DNA from: Epithemia pelagica
Lineage: Eukaryota > Protista > Bacillariophyta
Length of the DNA stretch: 64,000 nt
Assembly: GCA_946965045.2 (NCBI GenBank)
Contig: OX337229.1
Coordinates: 2,666,001 to 2,730,000, forward strand
Direction of reading: 5' to 3'
A program made the position numbers and the translations under genes. Position 1 is the stretch's first letter, and every line of letters begins with the position of its first letter. The notes beneath the pieces are model-generated. The model worked only from the letters and a program-made list of their open reading frames with translations. It had not been told where the DNA came from and made no database searches. Of this stretch, positions 41,537 through 53,077 are shown piece by piece.

Positions 41537-42796
41537 TTATTTTTGGTTTGGAAGATCTAAACTGTAGGCTTTTTTGAGTCGAATCCGAAAAAAGAGTATT
41601 TTGGCCAAAATATTGGTGGAGGTTGCATCGTCTGTTTGTTCTTGTTGCATCATTTGGAGCATGGTTTCATCTTCTTCCAATGTGGTCGTCCAGTCATTGA
41701 TGGATGAGAAGCAGTCCTCTCCACCCTTTTGGAGCATCATGGCGTCAATGACACTGGGAGACGCAGCCGCATTCGGAACAAATCCATAATTCAGCAAAAG
41801 CTCCACTGCGGATTCCAAACCCGACCCATAGGCCACTCGAATCTCTGTACCAGCAGGAATGGGCCGAGTAGACTGCAAGGCAAACCAGGCATTGTCTTTT
41901 TGAGGATCCAAAATTACCATCCGAGCATTGGGAGGCGTGGATGTTCCTGCTTCTTGTTTTGGTTGGGGATCGGCATGGTTCACCATATCCAAGAGAGGCA
42001 CCAACACACGGATCCACTGTCGCTGTTCATCTGGTTGTGTCAAGACCTGTCCTCGATCATCCATTTCAGCCACTGTCTCCCCGTCGGATGACACGGCGAG
42101 CCGATAAGATCTTGATGCCACCAGCCATGATGCATACTGCAATTCCTTGATGGAAGCTATTTCTTGTTCCTTGGCTACTCGTTCTATTTCTTGTCTTCGT
42201 TCTTTCGCTTTGTTGATAATGCGAGGATACTCCAGCAGGGGCAGCTCGTCGTTTTCGTCAAACAAGTCGGGAGTTGGATCAGTAATCTCTTTTGGCAATG
42301 TGTCGAGGTAGGCACTGAATTGTGACTGACGTTCTTCATTATTCAGATACAGTTGTAACAGATTCGCACCTTCCTCTGCAAAAGAGAGCGGCCTTTGTTT
42401 GTCTTCCGAAGGATCAGACAAGGCCAAGGCACAATCGGATGGCACTTTACAGAGGACTTGTCCTCCTTGAGTTTTGGAAAATGTCTTGGTCGCGTACAGG
42501 CCTCTTCCATGTTGGGGATGTCTCCCCACTGCAACATGTTCCGCTTCGGCTTTCTGGGACTTGAGATACTCCATCAAGTGTACAATCTCTGGTGAATCAT
42601 CTGGTTCCAATACGAGTGGGCGACTCTTGCTGCTGGAGGACGATGCACCAAATCCTCCTCCACCAGTACTGCGTTTGGATTTCTTGGACGATGCCGCCAA
42701 TGACAAACATGATATCGGACCGCAATGATTATTGAGTCGAGCAAAGATGGTAACAACAAGAATCCAGGGTAACCGACGATGGAGAATGAATGTCAT
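41537..42796 (-). CDS. Rubisco-LSMT-like SET-domain protein, probably plastid-targeted
   Basis: Signal-like N-terminus, HGRGLYATK, YLDTLP, LVPLLDMVNH, YG...LLLNYGF. Confidence 0.88.
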   Translation of the reverse strand: MTFILHRRLPWILVVTIFARLNNHCGPISCLSLAASSKKSKRSTGGGGFGASSSSSKSRPLVLEPDDSPEIVHLMEYLKSQKAEAEHVAVGRHPQHGRGLYATKTFSKTQGGQVLCKVPSDCALALSDPSEDKQRPLSFAEEGANLLQLYLNNEERQSQFSAYLDTLPKEITDPTPDLFDENDELPLLEYPRIINKAKERRQEIERVAKEQEIASIKELQYASWLVASRSYRLAVSSDGETVAEMDDRGQVLTQPDEQRQWIRVLVPLLDMVNHADPQPKQEAGTSTPPNARMVILDPQKDNAWFALQSTRPIPAGTEIRVAYGSGLESAVELLLNYGFVPNAAASPSVIDAMMLQKGGEDCFSSINDWTTTLEEDETMLQMMQQEQTDDATSTNILAKILFFRIRLKKAYSLDLPNQK

Positions 42797-43141
42797 CGTC
42801 TCCTATTCAAACACAGCCAACAAAGATGTGATGGATGGATGACATGCCAAATTCCAAAAGATCCATCCGATAAGGTCTGTCCGTCAGTCGACATCATTTT
42901 CATTCCGACCGGCGCTCTTCCAAGACCAAATTTAGCGATCATCACAATTGCCCCACCCGAGTTGCCGTCCGGTCGAGCTTCCACTTTCGAGGAGTTTGGA
43001 GTTTCCCCTCCCAAAATCAGCTTCGCCAGGTTTCAGCGACTTCCACGACTGCTTGCTTCATTCATTGATTGCGAGTTGGTTACCATCCTATCGATGGTTG
43101 CTAATCTATTATCCTCGAACGTGATTGTCCATTCCTCTTGA

Positions 43142-44149
43142 TTGGAGAAGTTGAACACGATGCAAAACTTACCTAGCTCCTATGCTTTGGAGAACGGCAA
43201 AAAGAGGCGCAGCCCTCGCACCCGTCCTCTTGGCAGTCCTCGTGGAATTGATAGTCCTCCCACTCGACGCTGGGGTCCTTCCAACGACCAAATGATTTCT
43301 TTCTCCTCATCGGCGTCATCATCGTTCTCCTCAACGTCCTTCTCTGCTGCTTCCTTTTCGTCTGACGATATTCAATACCTTCGTTCGAACAACTATCAAA
43401 AACAATCACCGCGTCATCTCGCCTCATCCAATACTTCATTTTCATCGGACGACCTCAACTACCTCCGTTCAAGCAACTATAAGAAGCAAGCTTCACGTCA
43501 ACTCGTCTTGATGGAGGACCCGATGTCACGTCCTCAAACTCCACGAACCGTCTTGAGTCTATCCTCCTCGTCCTCGTCCATTTCGGAAACGCCTCCGTCG
43601 CCCACAAGAACCTTTCGACGAAAAGCAATGGAAAATCCTTACCTTCCAAATCAATACAACGACATGAGTTATCTCTCAAGTGATAATGGAGACTTGGTTC
43701 CATTTTGTGTCACTACGCGAGTTCCGGGAAATAAATGGAGGGCACTCTTTCTCGTACCAATTCATTTGGTAGATCGCCTCACAAAATACCCCATTGTATG
43801 TCGAGGCTCCATGTTTGAATTGCACCAAGAAGAAATCATGTTTGGTTCCACAAGTTCTCGAACATTGATTGCGGAAGGAAGCAGTACTGTATTCTTGAAA
43901 GCAGAGTTTGTTTCGCCATTCCCCGAGGAACTAGCCTTGGAGATTGCACAGCGGCTGACAAGGAGAATTGAACAAGCAAGGGAAGACTACGCGATTGATC
44001 TTGAACAACAGCAGCAAAGAAGATGGCAACAACGACAAACATCACATGACCAACAACGACGAGCGCCCATCTATGCAAAAGGGAACTATAGAGGGCGTGG
44101 TTCCAACGGTGGGCATACAGCCGTTTCCAACATTCTATTTGGTTTTTAG
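43142..44149 (+). CDS. Hypothetical Ser-rich protein with an internal duplicated motif
   Basis: 335-aa ORF; SFSSDDIQYLRSNNYQKQ and SFSSDDLNYLRSSNYKKQ repeats. Confidence 0.65.
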   Translation: MEKLNTMQNLPSSYALENGKKRRSPRTRPLGSPRGIDSPPTRRWGPSNDQMISFSSSASSSFSSTSFSAASFSSDDIQYLRSNNYQKQSPRHLASSNTSFSSDDLNYLRSSNYKKQASRQLVLMEDPMSRPQTPRTVLSLSSSSSSISETPPSPTRTFRRKAMENPYLPNQYNDMSYLSSDNGDLVPFCVTTRVPGNKWRALFLVPIHLVDRLTKYPIVCRGSMFELHQEEIMFGSTSSRTLIAEGSSTVFLKAEFVSPFPEELALEIAQRLTRRIEQAREDYAIDLEQQQQRRWQQRQTSHDQQRRAPIYAKGNYRGRGSNGGHTAVSNILFGF

Positions 44150-44819
44150 AAAAGACAAAATGGGGGATGTAGATTAAAATAGGAAGCACAACAAAGACCT
44201 TTGCACACCCACGCCATTCTCATGAGTCTTCGTGATGAAAACAGGAATGCCATCCGTAAGATTGTTGCCAATGTGGGAGCGAACGAGTAGGATACTCTAA
44301 GAACTCACTTTTGCCATTGTTAGAAGCACTACAGCTGTGCTCAAACAGAGATATTTTGTTTTCACAAGTAAATGAGATGGGAATAAGGATTGGATTTGAA
44401 ACGTGTCCCAGCAATCGAAGGAGACGAAAACGGACAACTAACTGAATGAGGGCTACTAGAAACCAGGCCACGATTTTGGTCAACAAAACCCATGGTCAAG
44501 CATAATGACTGTGTTCAGGCTACCAGAACACACGCACACCAAGATCATTTAAAAATACTGTGAAGCATGTGAGGTTGATGGGAATCGCAAGTTTCTCGTT
44601 TGGATTAAATTGCAGTCGTGTATTACGTCAAGGAGAAAATGAAACTGAGGCAATTCGCGACCAAGGCATCTTCACACCATCTACCAACACGGATTCGTTC
44701 CGGGTATCAGAAGCACCGTGTCGGCTTATCTCTCACGTTCGTCTCGCTTTATCTGTTCTCTACGCGAAAAATCACCATTTTGATGTGCCCCAGAACGGAT
44801 ACTTCCGAGTGCCTAGTTT

Positions 44820-45953
44820 TCATTCTATCCTTCTGTTCTTTTCGCGCCAAATCTGTTTGGCCTTTTCCAATGCATCTTGTAAAGCACATCGTAAATCATC
44901 TGTCGTCCGACTGTTGTCAATGACTTCGGTGACAATGCCTCGCTGTAGTTCGTGCTCTAAGCTACTAGGAGACAAGCCAGGACGCTCTTCTTGCGCTATC
45001 ATTCGACGTTCCGCATCGTCCATTGCCATTTGACGAGGACCGTTCACCAATCTTTCCAAGGCCACGTCCCGCGATGCCGTTATCACCCACAAGGCATCCA
45101 AGAAGTCTTCCCAACCTGCCTCCAATAATAATGCTGCTTCGACAATGACAATCGGTACACGTGAATCACCTCCTGAGGTACTGCTGGATACGGCATCATC
45201 ATCTTTCATTGCGCTTGCCTTGGAAGTAGCCGTTGCAAATGATTCGATTCGCTTCCAAACTTCTTGTCGTGTCAACGGCCAAACAATCTCTTCGAGTTTC
45301 TTCCGGGCCGAAGGATCGTTAAAGATGATTGCACCCAAGACTGGGCGATTCACTTCTCCAGTGGCCTCCACCACGACTTGAGGTCCAAAGGCGTTCACAA
45401 TGGCCTCCACAACCGGACCGTTTGGCTGATACAATCCATGGGCAATCGAGTCGGCGTCCAAATGAACGGCAGGAGCTTCAACAAAGGCCGTCTTGTCGTC
45501 GCCTGTGTTCGAATTGTCTGTTTCTGACCACGAATTGTTTCCACATAGTTCCGATACCAACATCCGACAGGCCGTGCTTTTCCCTGATCCAATCCCTCCA
45601 CTCACTCCAATAACCAGTACGTTCATAGGCAGAAGATCTTTGGGTTGCTGTACTGTCCTTTTGTTTCCGTCGGCTGTCGATGGACTCGTACTCCCCATGT
45701 TATTTTGAACAGTAGCAAAGAGTCTTTCGTTGCTAGTACTGTCTCGGGAATCTGCGCCAATACCAACAAGACTTCTCCAACCCACGGAACGAATCGATGG
45801 TGTTCGTCGCCAAGCAAAATGAGGAAGTGCTGCTGTTGCTGCGACACGACGCCACGACGATACAAAACCCACGGCCTTTGATGTTACCGGAGATATTAGC
45901 ATCGAACTACTTGCCAATGAAAAACAAAGAAAACACTCCACCGAAGACTTCAT
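44820..45953 (-). CDS. coaE: Dephospho-CoA kinase with organellar-type N-terminal extension
   Basis: IGVSGGIGSGKST P-loop, LDADSIAH, VNRPVLGAIIF, IVEAALLLEAGW, R.M..DDAERRM.AQ. Confidence 0.93.
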   Translation of the reverse strand: MKSSVECFLCFSLASSSMLISPVTSKAVGFVSSWRRVAATAALPHFAWRRTPSIRSVGWRSLVGIGADSRDSTSNERLFATVQNNMGSTSPSTADGNKRTVQQPKDLLPMNVLVIGVSGGIGSGKSTACRMLVSELCGNNSWSETDNSNTGDDKTAFVEAPAVHLDADSIAHGLYQPNGPVVEAIVNAFGPQVVVEATGEVNRPVLGAIIFNDPSARKKLEEIVWPLTRQEVWKRIESFATATSKASAMKDDDAVSSSTSGGDSRVPIVIVEAALLLEAGWEDFLDALWVITASRDVALERLVNGPRQMAMDDAERRMIAQEERPGLSPSSLEHELQRGIVTEVIDNSRTTDDLRCALQDALEKAKQIWREKNRRIE

Positions 45954-46198
45954 GCTCCCTCTTGTTGGTTGTTGGTTCTGCGGTAGAATTTGAGATTCGG
46001 CGACGAAATTCCTTAGTGCGATTAAAGTGCGTTCGGTATGTCGCCTTTATCACGACAGGTCGTCGTCCTGGGTGTGTGGCCGTCACCGGAGCGAAAGAAA
46101 TCGCTCATAACATGGCGGTGTACTCACTAGCTTAGGGGTAACTCAGGATTTCATGCAAAAGAGTGACCATACCGGCCAAGGACTAAGGGATAAGCATT

Positions 46199-48776
46199 GG
46201 AGGAAAACGGTTTGACCTAGTGTCTATTCTACCCCTGTACTCATATGAGGACAAATCCTCATATGAGTACACTTTCAAAAGAAGAATATCAAATCAATCA
46301 TGTACTCCTAAGTGGTTTTTAAGTTCAGATTCGTAATCTCCATACTTGAAAACGTACCCCATGATATTCTCATCCTTAAATTGTGATGAGTAGTGACGAT
46401 ACAGTATCAAAAACAGAATTCATCCATGTTGGAGCGATGGTGATTTTCTAAACTGAGTGTTTGGAGGGGATAAAACAGAAGACAATCAACCTGATGAGTG
46501 TTATTATCCCTAGCGATGATGACCAGTTGTCCTTTGCCTGATTGAGGCATCAGATTGAGAGAATTCAGCCAAAACAAGCCTCCATCACCACAGAGGAAAA
46601 TTCTGAGACCGTAACAGCATTCGACACCAATACAGGGTCAAATGCGGCGTCTGAGCCTCCTGTACCCCAACAGTTCATGTACAGGAAGCACAGACACCTT
46701 CAGGGAACCAGGAAAGTGCAGTGGGAGACTCAAATCCGCCAATGTATGTGAAGACAGTTGAACTCCCTCGACAAAATGATTGGATTTGCCCTACATAAAC
46801 TGGATGGATGCATTTTCCAACACACATAGTGTCTTGCCACATAAACATAGAACATAATGGTTGATTGTGGTCTATTACTTTTCTATTTTAGTTGTTCATT
46901 TTTTTGGTAGAACGGCAGATTCCCATGGTTGGGTTACATTTTTTGTCGATAGCTTCGTACAAAAGCTACTGTGGTCTACGTAGATATGATTATTGTAGGA
47001 TTGTCCTCATATGAGGACAAGCGCTGTCCTCATATGAGGACAAACCGGGGTAGAATAGACACTAGAATCCTAAAAATCCTATTCTTAGCCAATCAGATCG
47101 CTCCAAATCGTACGACGTTCAGACGCATTTGGCCTCCAGTTTAGGCGTGAAAGGCCTCTTGTTTAGGAGTTTCGATCGGTCATCTTCTGGAAGCAGTCAA
47201 AAGACCTAAACGAATCCTAAACGATTTGGAACCAAAATCTCCATCCAACGGCCCACAAATTTCGCCATGTCGACTTCCGAATCTTCCTCTTGCCACGCTT
47301 TCATCCATCAATATGACAGCTTAGCACTTTCGGGTTCTACAGTTGCTGCTGTTGTCGGTGTGATTCATGCAGTGCATGTTTTGGGAAGTGAATCAGTTCA
47401 TTTGTGGATTGTGATTCTCTGCTTGTCGCGTCAAAACTCACCCAATCCACCTTGGTTTCGCTTGTTGTTCACAGAATCCTTGCCACTTTAACAGAAGAAA
47501 AGTTCATTGATCCGAACAAACGAAATTTCGTTCTCCAGGACTGGTGGCACTGGTTTGGTATATTCCATACTGATGTCGCCTTGGCTGCGCAAAGGACTGA
47601 ATTTTCGTCGGAACAACAACAACCATAGAGGGAGAGCATCCTTCGAACCAACAACCAACCAAGCCAACCTTCCGTTTGACTACCCATGAAGCTCAGTGCG
47701 CCGTCACTGTCGACTGCCGGTGGTGTCACAGACTTCCACAATGCGGTTACGGCGTACTTTCAAGCTTTGCCAACATGGCTCAGTCAATCCTTGCGCCGAG
47801 CTTCTTTTGTTCGAGTTTTGTCGGCGATCCTCATGGTCCAAACCATGGTCTTGTTTCTTGGGTGCCTTGGCAAACTATCGCCATGACAAATTCATCTGTA
47901 TGCTCGTGGCTATGCTTTCTGGCTGCTCTTGTGGGAGGCAAGTGGGCAACAGAGACTATCACGAGACCAGTGGTGGTGTCTTACACTGGGCTCTGCAACA
48001 GCCATCTCAATGGCAACCGTGCCTGGCTACAGACCCAGATCACTTCCAATAGCACAAATTCCGCCACACAACGACACAGCAATAATACTTTGCTACGGCC
48101 ACCCTATTATCCCTCTGTGCTCTCATCTCCTACAACAAATTCTTCTGCCACTGCCACTACAGCAACAAGTGTAAATGCCCTTGTGATGTCAGGGTTGACG
48201 ACAAATTTTGGATCCGTGGTCTACTACGGCTTGGTTGGCGGTGTAGCTCAGCTGACATGTCGAGCGAAAACCTAATGCAACAAGCCGCTCTGATGATGAA
48301 CAATTTGATGAAGAACAAGAAGTAGAGGAAAATGATGATAAGGAAGAAGTACATGACTAGCAACAGACCGAATCTTCATTAGTTCTACTCTAGCATGTTT
48401 TCTATAGAACTGGATGGCTTGGAGAACGACATCAAGCTTGTCTCCCATTGTTTCAATGCACTGCATTGCAGCACTGGAAGTCTCTGCAGCTGGGACTACA
48501 ATACAGCTGCAGTGGACAATTCCTGTGCCGCGATCATATCCTTGATCTTCTTCGCTTGGTTTGATCTTCCGTTGGCATTGTTCGGGAAAAATGGGATCGC
48601 ATTGACAAATTCTCGTGGGAATCTTGACTTCATTCGGAACCTACATAGAGGTGCTAGCTCCTACGAAGGTCAGACTACGAATAAGTTTAGTTAAAATGGG
48701 GGTCAACACGGTTTGTCCTAAAATCCTATTTGAGGGGGGAAGGAGTTAAGGATTTTAGGTCAAACCGTTTTCCTCC
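46199..48776. mobile_element. Non-autonomous TIR DNA transposon, PIF/Harbinger-like (3-bp TSD ATT)
   Basis: TIR GGAGGAAAACGGTTTGACCTA at 46199-46219 and its reverse complement at 48756-48776. The TIR extends to about 28 bp (..AATCCT) once the inner insertion is removed. ATT at 46196-46198 and 48777-48779. Broken convergent ORF remnants inside. Family assignment rests mainly on TSD length. Confidence 0.88.
46221..47061. mobile_element. MITE-like element (841 bp) inserted within the left TIR of the Harbinger-like element
   Basis: 15-bp TIR TGTCTATTCTACCCC / GGGGTAGAATAGACA, flanked by CTAG at 46217-46220 and 47062-47065. An equally valid reading is a TA TSD with ends 46220/47062. Subterminal CTCATATGAG palindromes. 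Confidence 0.88.
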
Positions 48777-48861
48777 ATTATCGCTAGATTCGAGGTGTAT
48801 CGCCAGTGCGCGTCGGCCTCGCTAGGCGGAACGCGTGCCATCTCGTGACAGGAATCTTTCG

Positions 48862-48870
48862 GTCCCCTCG
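48862..48870 (-). other. Polypurine tract of E2 (CGAGGGGAC on minus strand)
   Basis: Lies between the pol stop (48911) and the 3' LTR start at 48861. Confidence 0.7.
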
Positions 48871-48910
48871 AAGATATGATGCCTAGGCCTCATAGATTCG
48901 ATGTCGTAAA

Positions 48911-51900
48911 TCAATAGGTGAACCGATTCAACAAATGATCACGTCGCTTCTCTGGCAGAGGCTTGGTGAAAAGATCAGATAGGTTGGTCAGCGTCCCCTC
49001 CTTGGCTACTCGCATGGTTTTGGCAGCCACGGCCTCTCGGGCCCTGTGGTAACAGATGGACGTGTGCTTTTTCTTCAACGTTGACTCAGGTATTGTCGTG
49101 TTTTTGAAGACAGACTCGTTGTCACAAAACACGCTCGTTGGTCCTTCTACCGGAATTCCGAACATTCGCAGTTTATAGCGCAATGCTTCAATATGTTCCA
49201 CGGCCGTTCTCATCGCGATGAATTCGCTTCCGAAGGTACTCGTCTCGACGGTATTCTGCCGTTTGCTGTACCAGACGATTGGAGCTCGATTTACAAACAA
49301 CAATTAACCTGTCTGCGATCGCCGAGTGACCTTGTTTGATGCGTGATCGGCATCTACAAAACAATGGGTAGATACTGGGTGGCCACGTGGTTCAGGCATG
49401 TCCCCAGGAATGGATTCCTTGGCATCTCTGTAAAAGTCGTACCAATCATATTGGTTGAAACAACGTTCATCGATATCTGGGTGCATCGGGTCAAACCACA
49501 AGCGTCTCTTTGGGAACGCTTTCAGATACCCAAACATTGCATATGCTTGCTGCAGATGGCCTTCTCGTGGCATCGCAAGATATGTTGACATCATTGACGT
49601 CTCCAATAGAACATCAACTCGTCCTAGTTCCACTGCCCACCGAAGGATCCCGATAAGTTCTTGGAACTTCTGAATCCCGTCTGCTTTGAGCTCCGGGCTG
49701 GTGTCGTTTTCAGGCCTATAGCCGTATGAAAGTGGTGTCCGGCAACCAGTAGGGAGACGCTGTCCCTTTTCAGCAAGTTGCTTTTCAATGTTTTCAATAG
49801 CAGCACGAAGGTACTTCTCGGATGAGATGTACCACGCCTCTCTGCCGTCCATCGACATCGTCCCGAGTTCTGCTCCGAGATACATCTCGGGCGGCTCAAT
49901 CTTGTCGTCTTTTAGTTTGAAGATGGCCTGAACGCCCTTTAAAACCTTCTTTGAATCGTGTGACAACGCCAACAGGTCGTCAACGTAACAAAGGACGTAT
50001 TCATAGTATTTGAAACCATCTGGTTTCACAGCTGGTCTCATCCAAAAATCAGGGTCGGCCTTTGACGGTTTGAACCCAATGTCGTACAATGTTTTGGCCA
50101 AATGTGCACGGAACGCGGCCCCACTGGACTTGAGCCCGTACAAGGCCTTCTTGATAATCATAATCGTCCCCTCTTCCGATCCCAGCTCTGGTCCAGCCCT
50201 GAACCAAATCTTCTCACGGCAATCCACCGTTAGGTAGGCGTTCTGGATATCACAAGCCGATATATTTAGGTCATTCAATGCGGCAATGAGGAGGGCAATC
50301 CTAACCAAATCACGGGAAACCACGGAAGAGTATGTCAGGGATGCCGGGGTCTCGGTGAGGTGTCCCCCGGCGACAAACCTTGCCTTGCGACGGAAATTCT
50401 CCCCCATCTTGACGTCGAAGACGATATGACATCGTATTTGCTGGTAACCAATGGGGATTTCCGACTCAGACTTCTCCCACACTTGGAAGCCAGGGCGCAC
50501 ATTACGCATTTCCTTGCAGATTGCATCCCACCAGAGTGTGTTACCATTCTTTGTATCGAGTTCCTTTGCCTCTTCAACGGATTTAGGGATTTGTATGCCG
50601 AACTTGTGCGCTCGAAGCCAGTATTTGGACTTGAGTTTAGAAATAATTCGGTTGCGTTTCTTTAACACCTTTGGAACCCACCAGGCAAATGCCGGTTCCA
50701 TGGAGATGCGAGCGGCGACGGCATATTCGGAGACTTGTACTGGGTACGACTCCTTCAGGTCTTTGAGCGTGATCCAATTCGTGGATCCGTCCTTCCACTG
50801 GACTAGAAGCTCCCAACCGATGGTCGTTTCCCTGCGTCGCTTGTTTCCATTTCGCATCGTGACGAAAGCATCTTGTTGTGTCACGGCTTTGCTGTTTTTC
50901 CTGTGGTCAATGATTTTGTCCAAGAGGACTTGTCGGTTCCCGTCGTCGTCGACCTGGGAGAAAAGGTTCTCTGCGATGTAATTTGCAGCGAGAGCGGTCT
51001 TGGTACCGTCTCTAAATTCAACCTCGTACATACGTGTGTCGAGGATGGGGTTGTCGTGTGCCGTTCCAATTGGGAGACCATCCTTGTCACGCAACCGTTT
51101 TGTTACTTTGGCTAACATCGGGAAGTCCTCATCCTGTTTAGGTAAGGCAACTTCCATGTTAACATAAGTGTCGTCAAAAACTTCCGGGGTAAATTCGTCG
51201 TCTGCCTCCTTGACCTCATCATTGCTGACCACATCGTAGAATTCAGCGTGAAAATCAGGGTCGTGTTCGAGGGGCGGGAGGTCCCAATCAGTAGGATGGG
51301 TTTTGCCTCCATCGACGAGGAAGTGTGCAGAATCGTGAAGCTTGTCACGGATAAAGGTGTCGAATTCTGTGCAACGATGTTGAACACCAGTTTCTTGCAA
51401 TTCCAGATTGGTCACCCTGGTGACGGTTGTACGGGAGACAACGCGTCCAGTGTCAGTCAGAATCCAATAGGACATAAGGCTTCCTACTCGGTGAGAGACA
51501 CCAAGCCATCGTCCGAGACGAGTGGCACCCAAACCGGCGTTGTCGTTATACCAACACCAATCGTAAAAAGTAAAATCCAAATATTCGGATATGTCTGGCG
51601 TTTCGCCTGTCACTTGTTCTAGGCTTGTGCGACCGTCGAGGTCGCCAGATTGCCGCGCAGTCCGCTGCATCGTTTCGCATACCCAGCGTATGCCATAGTC
51701 CCATAGGCGACGTGGAACGCGTTGTTTGTGCATGACGCGGAACCACCGTTTGCGAATCTCACGAATTACGCCTTCCACTTTGGACTGATTGTGACGATAG
51801 GGTTCAGTCACTTGAAGATCAATCGCATGTTTTCTGACTTGCTCGCGGAAAGTCGTGCGTTTACCAGTTTGTTCTTTTGAGCCGTCACACAAGAGTGTAT

Positions 51901-53038
51901 CCGGGACTCCAAAATCAGAAATAAACTGTTGGAGTCCTGCACCAGCATCACTTTTCTTTTCCATCGGGTATGCTGCGGCGAAAAAATCTTTGTTCGCAAA
52001 TATTTGAGCGTGGCAGTTACCATCTAGAGATTTATACTGCCCATCCATGGTATCGGTAAAAACGACGTCTTTCAGTCGGGGCCGTTCAAACATGCGGTCT
52101 GCCCGATAACGTCGTGACAAAGGCAAGATGGCAGAGCGGACCATTCGTTGGGTCGTCCCGGCCAACGTTTTCTTGGCCTGTTCCAAGCCAATGAACCATC
52201 GTTCACTGAGAGACTGAGCGGTCACTGTACCGCGTCGCTCGTTGGAAATAAAGGTGCGCTCAGATGGGATATCCAAGCGAGGGAGGAATTCAGGTTTAAC
52301 TTCATGGTCTGCAATCTGCACACTGGCGATCAGACGAGAAGTTAGTTGGTTCGGTTCATAAATCGTCCCCTGAAAGATGGGCTCAGACGATACAACGGAA
52401 ATACCAACCGTATCTGCAGGTTGGTTCCGCGGGAATATGTCTTGATGCGGTTCCCAATCGTGGTGGGAAGATAGATGAATGTGCGGTAATTGCTCCAGCT
52501 CCCGCTGTGATGGCACCCGAGTATCGAAATAAATGATGGTGCCCTGAGTGTGAAACGGGATGACCACGTCTTCGTGGTAAATACCCATTGGCTCTTTGGA
52601 ATATGGGTTGTCCATGACATCGATGCCATTTGCCCTCACTTGATTGGGGTTGACCAGGGAATGCTTCATCTGGTCCCCCATCCACAATGCTTCATTGAAA
52701 ATTAGAATAAATTCTTGCCCGTCGGACTGTCGTGTCCATAAGGTGGCTCTGGTGACGACGGGTACGTGCTTAATGGCATCGTATGCTTCAGTGTATGGAG
52801 ACAAGTCACATTCTTTTCCCATATATGCCAAGACGGTACAATTTGCGCCAAGAACGATAGTATCGGCGTGGGTGTCAAGCTCAACGCGCCCTGTCTCACC
52901 GACGACGTTGGTTCTCTTGATGCACGATTTGGAAGAGGACACTGTGCTTCGTGCACTTGATATCAATCTGCATATTGATCGTTGTCTCCCTACTTGCATA
53001 TAACTCCTCTTAAGCAATCGTTCACAGAGTAAACTCAC
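48911..53038 (-). pseudogene. E2 pol (PR-IN-chromo-like-RT-RNase H) with one in-frame TAA at 49304-49306
   Basis: ELDTHADT; DTMDG, DGSKEQ, VEGVIRE; DIQNAYL, ALYGLKSSG, YVDDLL; RRSQTG*LLFVNRAP...NLSDLFTKPL. Confidence 0.92.
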
Positions 53039-53077
53039 GATTTTAGAATAGAGGATAACAAATAGGGAGGGTAACCA

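Larger units (their letters stand above)
46092..48861 (-). repeat. 3' LTR of E2, split into 46092-46198 and 48780-48861 by a 2.58-kb insertion
   Basis: Both halves are identical by eye to the intact 5' LTR; ATT is duplicated at the break. Confidence 0.95.

Noticed and set aside
47267-48690. Intact transposase in the Harbinger-like element
   Set aside because: Only short broken ORFs with weak resemblance and no recognisable complete DDE triad; treated as non-autonomous.
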